A stretch of 64,000 bases of DNA. Origin: an uncultured Chloroflexia bacterium. GTDB lineage: Bacteria; Chloroflexota; Limnocylindria; Limnocylindrales; CSP1-4. Below are positions 41,135 to 50,903 of this stretch, piece by piece (position 1 is the stretch's first letter; every line of letters begins with the position of its first letter). A program made the position numbers and the translations under genes. The notes under the pieces were generated by a model. The model had not been told where the DNA came from. It worked only from the letters and a program-made list of their open reading frames with translations, and searched no databases. The stretch covers positions 928,001-992,000 of the forward strand of contig CAWEZH010000002.1 in assembly GCA_963813535.1 (NCBI GenBank), in the 5' to 3' direction.

Positions 41135-42236
41135 ATGTCCGAGACCCCGCCGCCCACGACGCCGCAGCCTCCTTCGGAGCCACATCCGGCGGGTCCGGGC
41201 GGCCCGAGTCGCGCGACCGGGCAGATCGTGGTCCTCGCGGTCGTGGTCGTCGGCGTGATCGTCCTGCTGGCGGCGCTGGCGGGCGTCATCCGCGGGGGTC
41301 CCGCCGGTGCCAGCGCGACGCCCAGCGACATCACCGCTGCGACACCGTTGCCGGCGCCGACCGGCACGGCCAGTCCGACGGCCGGGCCATCGTCGGCCAC
41401 GCCGTCCGTGCCCTCAACGAGCCAGAGCGCCTCCCCGGGCCAGGCCGCGGTCCTGGTCGGCGCCGGTGACATCGGCGACTGCGACACCCGTGAGGACTCG
41501 ATGACGGCCGCGCTCCTGGACGACATCGAGGGGACCGTCTTCACGGCCGGTGACAACGCCTACGAGAACGGGACGGCAAAGCAGTTCTCGACCTGCTACG
41601 ACGACACGTGGGGCCGTCACAAGGCGCGCACTCGGCCGGTGCCCGGCAATCATGATTGGCGCACGGCCCACCTGGCGGGCTACTTCGGCTACTTCGGTGA
41701 CGTTGCCCGCGGACCGGATGGGGGCTCCTGGTACTCCTTCGACCTGGGTTCGTGGCACGTGATCATGCTCGACTCCGAATGCGCCAAGAACGGAGGCTGC
41801 GAGGCGGATTTGGCGCAGGGACGCTGGCTCGCATCCGACCTCGCGACGTCCGGTGGTCGCTGCTCGGTCGCGATCTGGCACATCCCCCGATTTCAGCTCG
41901 GGTGAACACGGCAACAACCGATCGGTCGCGCCGTTCTGGTCCCTGCTGTACGACGCCGGTGTCGACGTCGTCGTCAACGGTCACGACCACGACTACGAGC
42001 GCTTCGCGCCCCAGGACCCGGATGGCGCCGAGGACCGCGACCGCGGGATGCGCGAGTTCGTGGTCGGCACAGGTGGCACGCCGCTCCGGGCATTCAACGA
42101 TCCGGTCGCCAACAGCGAGCTCCGCGCGGTCACCCACGGCGTCTTCAAGTTGACGCTGCGTGACGGCTCGTACGACTGGGAGTTCATCCCGGTGAGCGGG
42201 GACTTCCGCGACACGGGAACGGCGTTCTGCCACTGA
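41135..42236 (+). pseudogene. Membrane-anchored metallophosphoesterase interrupted by a +1 frameshift (or sequencing error)
   Basis: GAGDI, GDNAY and PGNHD lie in frame 1. FSSGEHG, NGHDHDYERF and VVGTGG lie in the shifted frame. Junction near 41885-41893 (CCCCCGATTTC). Confidence 0.8.
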
Positions 42237-42271
42237 TCGCGGAGCGTGTGTGACCCTGTCGACGACGCGAC

Positions 42272-42748
42272 ATGGCCGCGATGCCGACGATGCACTATCC
42301 GGGTGTGGCCACGGTCGAATTCAGCATCGCCATCGATCGACCCGTAGCTGACGTCTATCGCGTGCTATCGACTCCGGAGCTGACACCGCGCTGGTCGACG
42401 AACGCGATCGAGGAGCACATCACGACGCCGGGGCCGCTTGCGCTCGGGTCCCGGCGACGAGCGACGGTCCGTCGCTTCGGGGGCGGCACGAACCAGAACG
42501 AGATCGAGGTCACGGCGATCGAGCCGGGCCGGCGACTCGCGGTCCGCAGCGTCGAGGCACCCGTCCCATTTACGTCCTCCTGGGTGTTTACGCCCGTCGA
42601 CGGAGGCACGAGGGTCGATTGGACCTGGGACTTCGCGTTGCCAGGCTGGCTGCGAATGTTCGACCCGCTCATGGGCGCGTTCTTCGCGCGGGCGTTCCGA
42701 CCCGATCTGGCGCGGTTGAAGGCGATGATGGAGGCGGGCGAGCTCTGA
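42272..42748 (+). CDS. SRPBCC (START-like) family protein
   Basis: Motifs SIAIDRPVADVY, PRW, GTRV and DLARLKA. The start may be GTG 42305. Confidence 0.82.
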   Translation: MAAMPTMHYPGVATVEFSIAIDRPVADVYRVLSTPELTPRWSTNAIEEHITTPGPLALGSRRRATVRRFGGGTNQNEIEVTAIEPGRRLAVRSVEAPVPFTSSWVFTPVDGGTRVDWTWDFALPGWLRMFDPLMGAFFARAFRPDLARLKAMMEAGEL

Positions 42749-42782
42749 CGACGGGCTCGCCACCACGCAAACCTTGGTCACG

Positions 42783-43742
42783 TCAGCCCCCAGCGGTCTC
42801 GCGCAACGACCGTTCGAAGGCCGGCGTCGTGGCATTCGACAGGAGCCGGTCGAAGTGCTCGCCCGCGTACGCGACGAAATCGACGTCCAGCGTGCTGATG
42901 CCCTGCTGGAGGACGCCCCACATCGCCTCGCGGAAGTCGGACACCACCCGCATCAGGGTGAGCCGTCCGAGGCGATCGATCGGCACGGAGCCCAGGTAGG
43001 ACCCCAGCAGGTTCGCGTCGTCGTCGGGCGTCAACTCATGGTTGATGGAGAAATTGCCGAGATCGAAGTACGGGTCGCCCATCCCGGCGTACTCCCAGTC
43101 GACGACGCGGATCCACGCACCATCGTCGATGAAGTTCGCGTTGAGCAGGTCGTTGTGACATGGCTGCAGCTCGATCGGTGACGACAGGCAAGCCAGCTCG
43201 ATCCGGCGTCCGATCGCGGCTGCCACCTCGTATTCGGGAGGGATTCGCACGCCGCGGGCATGCGCCAGTGCCTTGTACGCCTCGACGATGCGGAGCGGCA
43301 CGAAGAGGCCCGGGATGGGCGGTCCCCCGTGGATGCGTCGGAGCGAATCCGCGATCCGGACGAGCGTGGCCTCCTGGCGGACCTCATCGAATGCGACCGG
43401 TGACCCTTCGATGAACCGCGTGACCAGATAGCCCTCTGGTCGGATGAACGCGGTCACCTCCGGACCGACCCCGACCGCTGCCGCAGCGACCGTCGCCGCG
43501 TACTCGACCTCGCGGCTGATGCCGAGCAGATGGGTGTCGTTGCCCGCCAGCCGGATGACGTAGCGATCGGCGATCCCGGCCACGGTCACCAGGAAGTTGC
43601 GGTTCGTGATGCCGCCGCTCAGTGCGGTCAGGCGCAGCTCGCGGCCGGCCAGCTCGGGCACGCGCTGCATCGCGGCGACCAGCTGGTCGTGGAGCTCGCC
43701 GCGCAGGACTTCGCCGTCGTCGGTCATGCCGTCGTCGGTCAT
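42783..43742 (-). CDS. Choline/ethanolamine kinase-family phosphotransferase
   Basis: Motifs LSGGITNRNF, CHNDLLNANF and VDWEYAG. Confidence 0.9.
   Translation of the reverse strand: MTDDGMTDDGEVLRGELHDQLVAAMQRVPELAGRELRLTALSGGITNRNFLVTVAGIADRYVIRLAGNDTHLLGISREVEYAATVAAAAVGVGPEVTAFIRPEGYLVTRFIEGSPVAFDEVRQEATLVRIADSLRRIHGGPPIPGLFVPLRIVEAYKALAHARGVRIPPEYEVAAAIGRRIELACLSSPIELQPCHNDLLNANFIDDGAWIRVVDWEYAGMGDPYFDLGNFSINHELTPDDDANLLGSYLGSVPIDRLGRLTLMRVVSDFREAMWGVLQQGISTLDVDFVAYAGEHFDRLLSNATTPAFERSLRETAGG
43713..43742 (-). repeat. Exact 15-bp tandem duplication including the start codon
   Basis: ATGACCGACGACGGC occurs twice, giving MTDDG-MTDDG. Confidence 0.9.
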
Positions 43743-43801
43743 GGGGAGCGGCGCGGCGATCGCTCGTCGCGCCGCAGCTCCTCCTCCCGGGAAGGTTCAG
43801 C

Positions 43802-45436
43802 TCAGGCGATCGTGGCCTCGCCCGTGATCGCATCCGCCGACTCGACATCGTCGCGACGTCCGCGGACCGAGACGACGTAGTACAGCGCTCCGAAGATCAA
43901 CAGCGTCCCCACGATCGTCTCGTACAGGGGCCAAGCCGGCAACTGGTCGAGGGGCTGCCCGAACCATTGCAGGAACGAGTTGATGAACGGGTTCCAGTAC
44001 GTGCGGCCTTCGCCACCGAAGTCACCGAACAGGCCTGGGTCATGCCACAGGGCGATGTTGACGATCATCACGGCCCCGTAGATGAGCGCAGCGACGTTGA
44101 TCAGGGTGCCCCACCGGCCGAGGCTGAACCAGGCCTTGTCTCGCGGCCATCCGCGGCGACGCGCTAGCAGGACGCCGAGGTTGCACAGGAAGTAGCTCAG
44201 GTAGATCAAGCCGGTCGCGGCGATCGACAGGACGAAGCCGCCGAATGGGCCGGTCACGAGGATCGGGAGAGCCGCCAGGACGCCCACCGCCACGGCAGCA
44301 TTGGCCGGGGTCTTGAACGTCTGGTTGACCCGACCCCACAGCCCGCCGAGAGGCAGGTGGCGGTCGCGACTCATCGAGAACATCATCCGGGTCGCCGCAC
44401 CCTGGATCGCCAGCGTACAGACGAAGACCGATGCAAGGATGACCAGGAGGTAGACCTCACCGAGGGTGATCCCGGCGACGATCTCCTGGGTCAGATTGGT
44501 GGTGATGATCGTGGCGATGGGGAACCCGCCAGCAAGTCCTTCCTCGATGGTCGCGGGGACGTCGGGGATCGCTAGCAGGACCGCGGTGAGGAAGACGAGG
44601 CCGACGGCCCCCGAGATCAGGATCGACGACAGCACGCCGCGCGGAGCTTGGCGGGTCGCGTCGACTGTCTCTTCGCCGAACGTGCCGGCCGTGTCGAAGC
44701 CGTACACGATGAAGATCGACATATACAGACCGAGCGCAAGCGCCGGCAGATAGCTCCCGCCGGTCGCCGCCTCCGTGCCGCCGGTGTCCAGGAGGATCGA
44801 CACCGGCTGGTTGTTGGCAAAGAACAATAGGATCAATGCGAACACGACCATGCCGAGGATCTCGGTCGCCACGCCGATGTTGTTCAGGATCGACAGCAAC
44901 CGGATGCCGTAGGCGTTGATCAGCGTCGTGATCAGCAGCGTCGTCAGCGCGATGAACGTATGCATGTTGCCCAGGCCGACCGGGGACGGCGAATCGAGGA
45001 AGTCCTGCCCGCCGCCGGTGAATCCGGCGATGACATAGCCGACGATGACCGCGACGGCACTGACCGTGACCACCTGGGCGAAGAAATAGAACCAGCCAGT
45101 GAACCAGCCGAGGGTCCGGTTGGACAGGCGCTTCGACCATTGATAGATGGAGCCGGCGACGGGGAAGTGGCTGGAAAGCTCGGCGAAGTTCAGCGCCACG
45201 ATCAGCTGGCCGCCGATGACGATGAGCCACGACAGGAAGATCGCCGCGGGTCCGCCCAACCCGATCCCGACGCCGAAGTTGCCGAACGAACCGGTAGAAA
45301 CGCTTATGAAGCTGAACGCGATCGCGAAGTTGGACAGAAGGCCAAGCGTCCGCCTCAGCTCGGGTTTGATGCCCAGCGAACGAAGCTGGGCGTCGTCGCG
45401 CGCCGCGACCTCATCTGGGTTGACGGTACCCGCCAC
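43802..45436 (-). CDS. APC-family amino acid/amine permease
   Basis: About 12 TM helices. Motifs NFAIAFSFIS, AELSSHFPVAGSIY and GFDTAGTFGEET. AAGGAGG SD before GTG 45436. Confidence 0.92.
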   Translation of the reverse strand: MAGTVNPDEVAARDDAQLRSLGIKPELRRTLGLLSNFAIAFSFISVSTGSFGNFGVGIGLGGPAAIFLSWLIVIGGQLIVALNFAELSSHFPVAGSIYQWSKRLSNRTLGWFTGWFYFFAQVVTVSAVAVIVGYVIAGFTGGGQDFLDSPSPVGLGNMHTFIALTTLLITTLINAYGIRLLSILNNIGVATEILGMVVFALILLFFANNQPVSILLDTGGTEAATGGSYLPALALGLYMSIFIVYGFDTAGTFGEETVDATRQAPRGVLSSILISGAVGLVFLTAVLLAIPDVPATIEEGLAGGFPIATIITTNLTQEIVAGITLGEVYLLVILASVFVCTLAIQGAATRMMFSMSRDRHLPLGGLWGRVNQTFKTPANAAVAVGVLAALPILVTGPFGGFVLSIAATGLIYLSYFLCNLGVLLARRRGWPRDKAWFSLGRWGTLINVAALIYGAVMIVNIALWHDPGLFGDFGGEGRTYWNPFINSFLQWFGQPLDQLPAWPLYETIVGTLLIFGALYYVVSVRGRRDDVESADAITGEATIA

Positions 45437-45546
45437 GAAGTCCCTCCTTACCACCGCGCTGGGGCGCGAGACTGACCTCTAGGAGTGGATGTTGTCGCGG
45501 AGATCGGTGGGTGGGCACTCCCTCGCGCCGCCCGACCGTGCGCGGC

Positions 45547-45574
45547 AGGATAGCACCGGGTTGCGCGCCGTCAA
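45547..45574 (-). promoter_or_regulatory. Promoter of the APC permease gene
   Basis: Minus strand reads TTGACG, 16-nt spacer, TATCCT with extended -10 TG. Confidence 0.55.
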
Positions 45575-45586
45575 CGGGCGTTGCGC

Positions 45587-46693
45587 CTACGGATCGAGGC
45601 GGTAGAAGCGGAACGATGGGTGGTCGGTCGGAAGGACCGTGAAGCCGCTGAAACCGGCCTCGTGCGCGATCGCTTGGACGGCCGACGGCCTGATCACGGT
45701 GCCCGTCCCGACACTGGGCTTGTCGATCAGGCCGTTCGCGAGACACGCCACGACGCTGTAGCCGTAGAACATGCGCTCGGCTTCGTCACCCGGGACGGTG
45801 AATGTCTCGGCCACGCGCTCGTCGGCGATCAGCACCGCGCCGCCGGGCGCGAGCAGCCGCTTGGTCGTGGCGAGCACCTCCGCCGGTCGGGCCATGTCAT
45901 GCAGTGCTTCGAAGATCGTCACGAGGTCGTAGCGACCCGCACCAGCCGCGTTCGCGGCATCGGCGAAGAGGAACGACACGCGACCGTCGACACCGGCCTC
46001 GGCGGCGTGCGCCTTCGCCCGCGCGATCGAGCCCTCGTCGATGTCGATGCCGTCGACCTCCACGCCCGGGAAATGGCGCGCGATGGCGATCGACGACCAA
46101 CCGGTGCCGCAGGCCACGTCGGCAACGCGACCCGTGCCGCTGCGCAACCGCTGCGCGATATCCGGCAGGGCGTCGATCCAGTCGCCGACGAGATGGTGGA
46201 ACTGCGGCCGGTTGATGCCTTCCTGGGCCTCGACGACATCCGGACCGTAGTCCGCCCAATCGACACCGTCGCCGGTCCGGTAGGCATCGAGCAGCTTCGG
46301 CATCGTCTTCGCCGTCCCGACCACGAACCGGGCGAGCGGGGCGACCAGCGCGAGACTCTCCGGGTCGGTCAGGACCGCCGTGTGGGCAGCGGGGAGCGTG
46401 TACCGCCGCTCGTCGGCGGCGGCCGACGGGTCGTCCACGTCGAGGATCGAGCCCACCGCCTGGTGCTCGAGCCACTCCCGTGCGTAGCGCGGATCGATGC
46501 CGGCCCGCTCGGCGAGCTCCGGCGGCGTGGCGGGGCCACCCTCTTCGAGTGCGCGGTACAGACCCAGCCGGTCGCCGAGATACACCGCCTGCAGGTCGAG
46601 CGAGGCCAGGACCGCGCCGAACAGCCTGCCGGCGAGCTCATCGCGTCGGGCCTCGTGGGTCGCCTGGTCGTCGGTGTCGAGGATGGCGGTCAT
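45587..46693 (-). CDS. SAM-dependent methyltransferase with N-terminal winged helix (Rv2258c-like)
   Basis: Motifs YLGDRLGLY, RYAREWL, VADVACGTG and FEALHDM. Start at ATG 46693. Confidence 0.88.
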   Translation of the reverse strand: MTAILDTDDQATHEARRDELAGRLFGAVLASLDLQAVYLGDRLGLYRALEEGGPATPPELAERAGIDPRYAREWLEHQAVGSILDVDDPSAAADERRYTLPAAHTAVLTDPESLALVAPLARFVVGTAKTMPKLLDAYRTGDGVDWADYGPDVVEAQEGINRPQFHHLVGDWIDALPDIAQRLRSGTGRVADVACGTGWSSIAIARHFPGVEVDGIDIDEGSIARAKAHAAEAGVDGRVSFLFADAANAAGAGRYDLVTIFEALHDMARPAEVLATTKRLLAPGGAVLIADERVAETFTVPGDEAERMFYGYSVVACLANGLIDKPSVGTGTVIRPSAVQAIAHEAGFSGFTVLPTDHPSFRFYRLDP

Positions 46694-46704
46694 CGGCAGC
46701 CCCC

Positions 46705-48111
46705 CTATCGTGCGGCGACGGCTCCGCGGAGCGCGTCGGGGATCGGTCGGTGCAGCTCGACCGGCCGGATGTAGGCGGTGATCATCTCGCGCGTCCCGTT
46801 GACCCCAAGCTCGGTGAAGAGGAACGAGAACTTGCGCCGCTGGGCGGCGAGGATCTCGTCCTTCGAATCGAGGTCCCACAGCTCGCGCCTGAACGGGCCG
46901 ATCGCCTTCTTGCGCGTGGTGTAGACGAACTGTTGGTCGGTCTGGTCGGGCTTGCGTTCGTCGGCGGCGTTCTCGAAGACCCACGCCTCGACCTTCTTGT
47001 GGAGCTCGTCCGGGAACGCCGGATGCTCGTAGAGGGCGTTCTGGAACCCGGTCGCGAGGTGGATCTCGGCCGTTTCGACGGCCGGGAACCGATGGAACAG
47101 CTCGTCGGGCAGGGTCGACGCCCCGTGTTGGACGGCGCCGGCCATCCCGTACGAGCGGGCGACCTCGCCAAGCTCGCGCAGGACATCGAAGTCGAGCTTG
47201 ACCTCCGCCATGCCACCGTCGGCCAACGGCACGCCACCGTGGCTCGTGCCGGTCTGGACGCTCACCTTCGAGATGCCGGGCGCGCCCGGGGCCCGTGCCG
47301 CCAGCTCGCGGTCGTAGCCATCGATGTATGCGCGCAACTCCTCGACAGTCGAGTTCTGGTGGCCCACCTCGCCGATCTCGCCACCCACGCTGACTGTGAC
47401 GCCGTCCGTCTCGAGCGAGCGGATCAGGGCGGTCAACTCGGCCGCCCGCACGTAGTTCTCGCGCTGCTGCTCGTCGACGCTCGGCTTCGACAGGTCGACC
47501 AGCGTCGAGGAGTCGATGTCGATGTTGCGATAGCCCGAATCGATGGCGAGCCGGCAGGCGCGCCGGATCTCCTCGGTCATCGTCTCGGGGTCGGCCGCGT
47601 ACTTCTTGGCGTTGAACTGATAGTGATCGCCCTGGATGAACACGGGAGCTCGCCAGCCTGCGGCGATGGCGCCGGCGAGCACGGATGTCGCGAAGTCGAT
47701 CGGGCGTTGGTAGGTGTAGGTCTGCTCGCTGCGAGCGATCTCGAGGATGACCGCGCCGACATCGGCGCTGTGAGCCGCATCGAACACCGTCCGCGCCATA
47801 TCGAACGTCTGCGCGCGGAGGTTGATCGCCGGGACGGTGAAGCCCGAGACTTCCCCGCGACCGCGGGCCTGGTATAGCTCGTGGATGCTCGCCGACAGCG
47901 CACCGAGCTCCTGGCTCGCCTCCCAGACCAGCCACTGGGCGGCCGTCGTCGTCGCCTCGTCGTCGCTGAATGCCGCGGTCCACGCGAGGTCGCGGATGGC
48001 CGTGTCGCGGAACGCCGTCTCGTCGTCGATGACGAGACGGTCGCCGGCCAGGTGGGCGGCGCCCGTGATCGCCTCGATCAGGTCGGCTGGGCTGGTCGCG
48101 ACGTGCGGCAT
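46705..48111 (-). CDS. Class II fructose-bisphosphate aldolase family protein
   Basis: Motifs TVPAIN, QGDH, DIDSS, GEIGEVG, GTSHGG and QHGAS. Confidence 0.85.
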   Translation of the reverse strand: MPHVATSPADLIEAITGAAHLAGDRLVIDDETAFRDTAIRDLAWTAAFSDDEATTTAAQWLVWEASQELGALSASIHELYQARGRGEVSGFTVPAINLRAQTFDMARTVFDAAHSADVGAVILEIARSEQTYTYQRPIDFATSVLAGAIAAGWRAPVFIQGDHYQFNAKKYAADPETMTEEIRRACRLAIDSGYRNIDIDSSTLVDLSKPSVDEQQRENYVRAAELTALIRSLETDGVTVSVGGEIGEVGHQNSTVEELRAYIDGYDRELAARAPGAPGISKVSVQTGTSHGGVPLADGGMAEVKLDFDVLRELGEVARSYGMAGAVQHGASTLPDELFHRFPAVETAEIHLATGFQNALYEHPAFPDELHKKVEAWVFENAADERKPDQTDQQFVYTTRKKAIGPFRRELWDLDSKDEILAAQRRKFSFLFTELGVNGTREMITAYIRPVELHRPIPDALRGAVAAR

Positions 48112-48234
48112 CGGTCGGCGATCTCCTTGTGTCGTTCGCGACCCATGGTAGCGGGCAGGTCCCGCGGCGACCCTCTACGCCGGGCCGGCCGGCCGGTTCG
48201 TGCATCCGATGCAAGGCCGCGGCCAGTCAGGGAG

Positions 48235-48714
48235 TCAGAACGGCTTGACCACCATCAGGAAGACGATGACGACGATCAGGATCCCGAGGATCGCCCCGCC
48301 CCGCCGGACAGCGCTGACCTCCTCCATGAGGCCGGGCGGTGGGCCTTTGGCATCGGGCGGCGGTGGGGCCGATGTCAGCTCGATCACCCGCGCGACGTGC
48401 TTGGACTGGACGAACAGGGCGTAGTACAACGCCAGCAGGTACAGGACGATCGCGACCAGCAGCCACGTCGACGCCATCAGGTCGCGACCGCTGATCCAGA
48501 TCAACAGGACGCCCGTGATGCCCTGGAAGATGGCGAGCGGCTTGATGATCCGGTCGCTGATCCGCGCCGACACCCGCGTCGCGAAGTTCGCGTGCTGGGG
48601 CTCGGCCCCACCCATCGCGCCCATGATCGAGAAGGAGAAGGTCGGCCCGAAGGCGATGATCGCCCCGATCACGTGCAGGAACAGGACATATGGGAACAGC
48701 CACGCGAGATCCAT
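48235..48714 (-). CDS. DUF2269-like 4-TM membrane protein
   Basis: LHVIGAIIAFGP and C-terminal LMVVKPF. Confidence 0.8.
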   Translation of the reverse strand: MDLAWLFPYVLFLHVIGAIIAFGPTFSFSIMGAMGGAEPQHANFATRVSARISDRIIKPLAIFQGITGVLLIWISGRDLMASTWLLVAIVLYLLALYYALFVQSKHVARVIELTSAPPPPDAKGPPPGLMEEVSAVRRGGAILGILIVVIVFLMVVKPF

Positions 48715-48778
48715 CGCAAACCCTCCCTCGCCGGACTGACACCATCAGGCTCAGGCCGTGCCGGCGCGAGGATACGCC

Positions 48779-50878
48779 CTACGAGACCCGCTTCGAGCGT
48801 CGCCCGACGAAGTCGACCAGCACGTACTCCCCGAGGCGCTCGGGCGTGGCGTAGAACGCCCGACCGCGGTTGAGCTTGGTCATGTGGGCCACGAACTCGG
48901 CCAGCGCCCTCGACCGCTCGAGCATGAACGTGTTGATCGTGATGCCCTCCTTCGTGCAGCGCTGGACCTCGCGGAGGGTCTCGGTGATCGTGCGCCGTGT
49001 CGGCGGGTAGCTGAACTCGACCTGGCCGTCCTCGAAATGGGCGGTCGGCTCCCCGTCCGTGATGACGACGATCTCCTTGTTCGCCGCGGCCTGTCGGGCG
49101 AGGATCCGCCGGGCGAGCAGGAGACCGTGCTGCAGGTTCGTCCCGTATTCGTAGCCGTGCCACGTCAGCTCGGCCAGGGCGCCCGGCCGGATCTCCCGCG
49201 CGTAGTAGGCGAAGCCGATGACCGACAGGTGGTCGCGCGGGTACTGCGACCGGATCAGCGTATCGAGCGCGACCGCTACCTTCTTCGCGGCGAGGAAGCA
49301 GCCGCGCAACAGCATCGACCGGCTCATATCGACGAGCAGCACGGTCGCCGTCGTCGTCAGCTGCTCGCTGCGATAGACCTCGAAGTCGTCGGGTGTGAGG
49401 CGGAGTCCGCGATCGCCCCGCGCGGCGCGAGCCGCCGGCGCGTTCTCATCGCGCAGCATCGCGTTCGACAGCGTGCCGCGGAGATCGAGATGGAAGGGAT
49501 CGCCGAACTCGTACGGCTTGGTCGTCTCCTCGCGCTCGCCTCCCCTGCCCTGCCGATCGATGCGGTGTCCGCCGAACGCATCGCGCTCGAGGCGTGAGAA
49601 CAGGTCGTCGAGCACCTGCTGCCCGATCTTGCGCGTCCCGCGCGGGGTCAGCTCGAGTCGATCACCGTCGCGGGTCAGATAGCCGGCTTCCTCGAGACGC
49701 CGAGCGAGGTCATCGAGGGCGTCGAGGTCCCGGACGGCGTCGTCGCCCATCAGGTCGCGGACCTCGTCGCGGTCGATCGACGCCAGGTCGCCAGGTGCCT
49801 CGACGTCCATGAAAACGTCCTCGAGCCGCTCCATCGACTGGAGGCGCGCGATCTGCGCCAGCGCCCCGTCGAGCGACAGGGACTCGTCACCGCTGAACCG
49901 GACGCGGTCGCCCAGTCCGCCCGGCAGCAGCATGTCGAGGTTCGATGCGAGCTGCGCGAGGTCGATCAGCAGACGGTCGTCGCGGAGGAGCGCCTCCATC
50001 ATCGACTCGAGCTCCGCGCGCTGTTCGGGGCTGAGCGACCGCATCAGCGATTGCATGGCGGCCATGCGCTGCGCGAGCTGATCGATGATGTCGTCGAACG
50101 ACTGGGCGCCGGGGAAGAACCGCCCGTGCTTGGCCAGGAACTGGCGGGCGTCCGGCTCGCCGCCGCCGATCTTCTCGCGAATCAGCTCGTTGAGGTCGCG
50201 GACCATCTCGCGGTTGGCGGCGAGGTCCTCGGGCGTCATCGAGCGGATCGCCTCGCCCATGCCGGAGGCGAACTGGTCGAGGACCTGCTTGCTGAGCCGT
50301 TCGACGAGCTCGTCGAACCGCTCTCGGGCGTCGGGCTCCAGGAAGTCGTACTCGCGCAGGTCGCGGATGCGGTCGCCAAGGTCGGGCGGGAGCGAGTCGA
50401 GTCGATCGATGCGGCGTGCCGCGAGGTCGCGCGCGGCCCGGGCGGTGTCGGGGTCGGGAGCCTCTTTCGCCGCCGTCTGCAGACGGCGCTCCACGCCGGC
50501 CCGTTCCTCGTCGACGATCTCGTCGAGTTCGCGCCGGATGTCGCCCAGGACGTCGCCCAGGTCGTAGCGCTCGCGAAGCTCCTCGCGCCGCCGCGCCAGA
50601 CGCTCCATGAGGTCCTGGAGTCCCTGCATGTCGGGGCGGGTCGGGTCGCCGCTCCGCCAGCCGCGTTCCATCAGCCGCCGCAGCGCCTCGGCAAGGTCGC
50701 CCTCGGCCATCACGTCATCCGACAGCGCCTTGAGGATCTCGTCGGCGTCGAGGTCGGGCAGCCGCTGCGTTCCATCCCAGCGCGAATAGCGGGCACGCCG
50801 CGCCAGGTCGGCGACGGCGTCGTCGGCGCGCGGGACGCGACCGGTCAGGTCTCGCGGATCCGGCGAGTAGGCGGTCAT
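48779..50878 (-). CDS. VWA-domain protein (partner of the chelatase-like AAA+)
   Basis: Motifs RYSRWDGTQ, MIDAS DMSRSM, GTNLQHGL and ITDGEPT. Confidence 0.9.
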   Translation of the reverse strand: MTAYSPDPRDLTGRVPRADDAVADLARRARYSRWDGTQRLPDLDADEILKALSDDVMAEGDLAEALRRLMERGWRSGDPTRPDMQGLQDLMERLARRREELRERYDLGDVLGDIRRELDEIVDEERAGVERRLQTAAKEAPDPDTARAARDLAARRIDRLDSLPPDLGDRIRDLREYDFLEPDARERFDELVERLSKQVLDQFASGMGEAIRSMTPEDLAANREMVRDLNELIREKIGGGEPDARQFLAKHGRFFPGAQSFDDIIDQLAQRMAAMQSLMRSLSPEQRAELESMMEALLRDDRLLIDLAQLASNLDMLLPGGLGDRVRFSGDESLSLDGALAQIARLQSMERLEDVFMDVEAPGDLASIDRDEVRDLMGDDAVRDLDALDDLARRLEEAGYLTRDGDRLELTPRGTRKIGQQVLDDLFSRLERDAFGGHRIDRQGRGGEREETTKPYEFGDPFHLDLRGTLSNAMLRDENAPAARAARGDRGLRLTPDDFEVYRSEQLTTTATVLLVDMSRSMLLRGCFLAAKKVAVALDTLIRSQYPRDHLSVIGFAYYAREIRPGALAELTWHGYEYGTNLQHGLLLARRILARQAAANKEIVVITDGEPTAHFEDGQVEFSYPPTRRTITETLREVQRCTKEGITINTFMLERSRALAEFVAHMTKLNRGRAFYATPERLGEYVLVDFVGRRSKRVS

Positions 50879-50903
50879 CGGCTGGCGCTCGCGGCGTCGC
50901 GGC

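Noticed and set aside
45587-48214. 875-aa aldolase-methyltransferase fusion
   Set aside because: The first ~507 codons are an off-frame shadow of the aldolase. The methyltransferase starts at ATG 46693.
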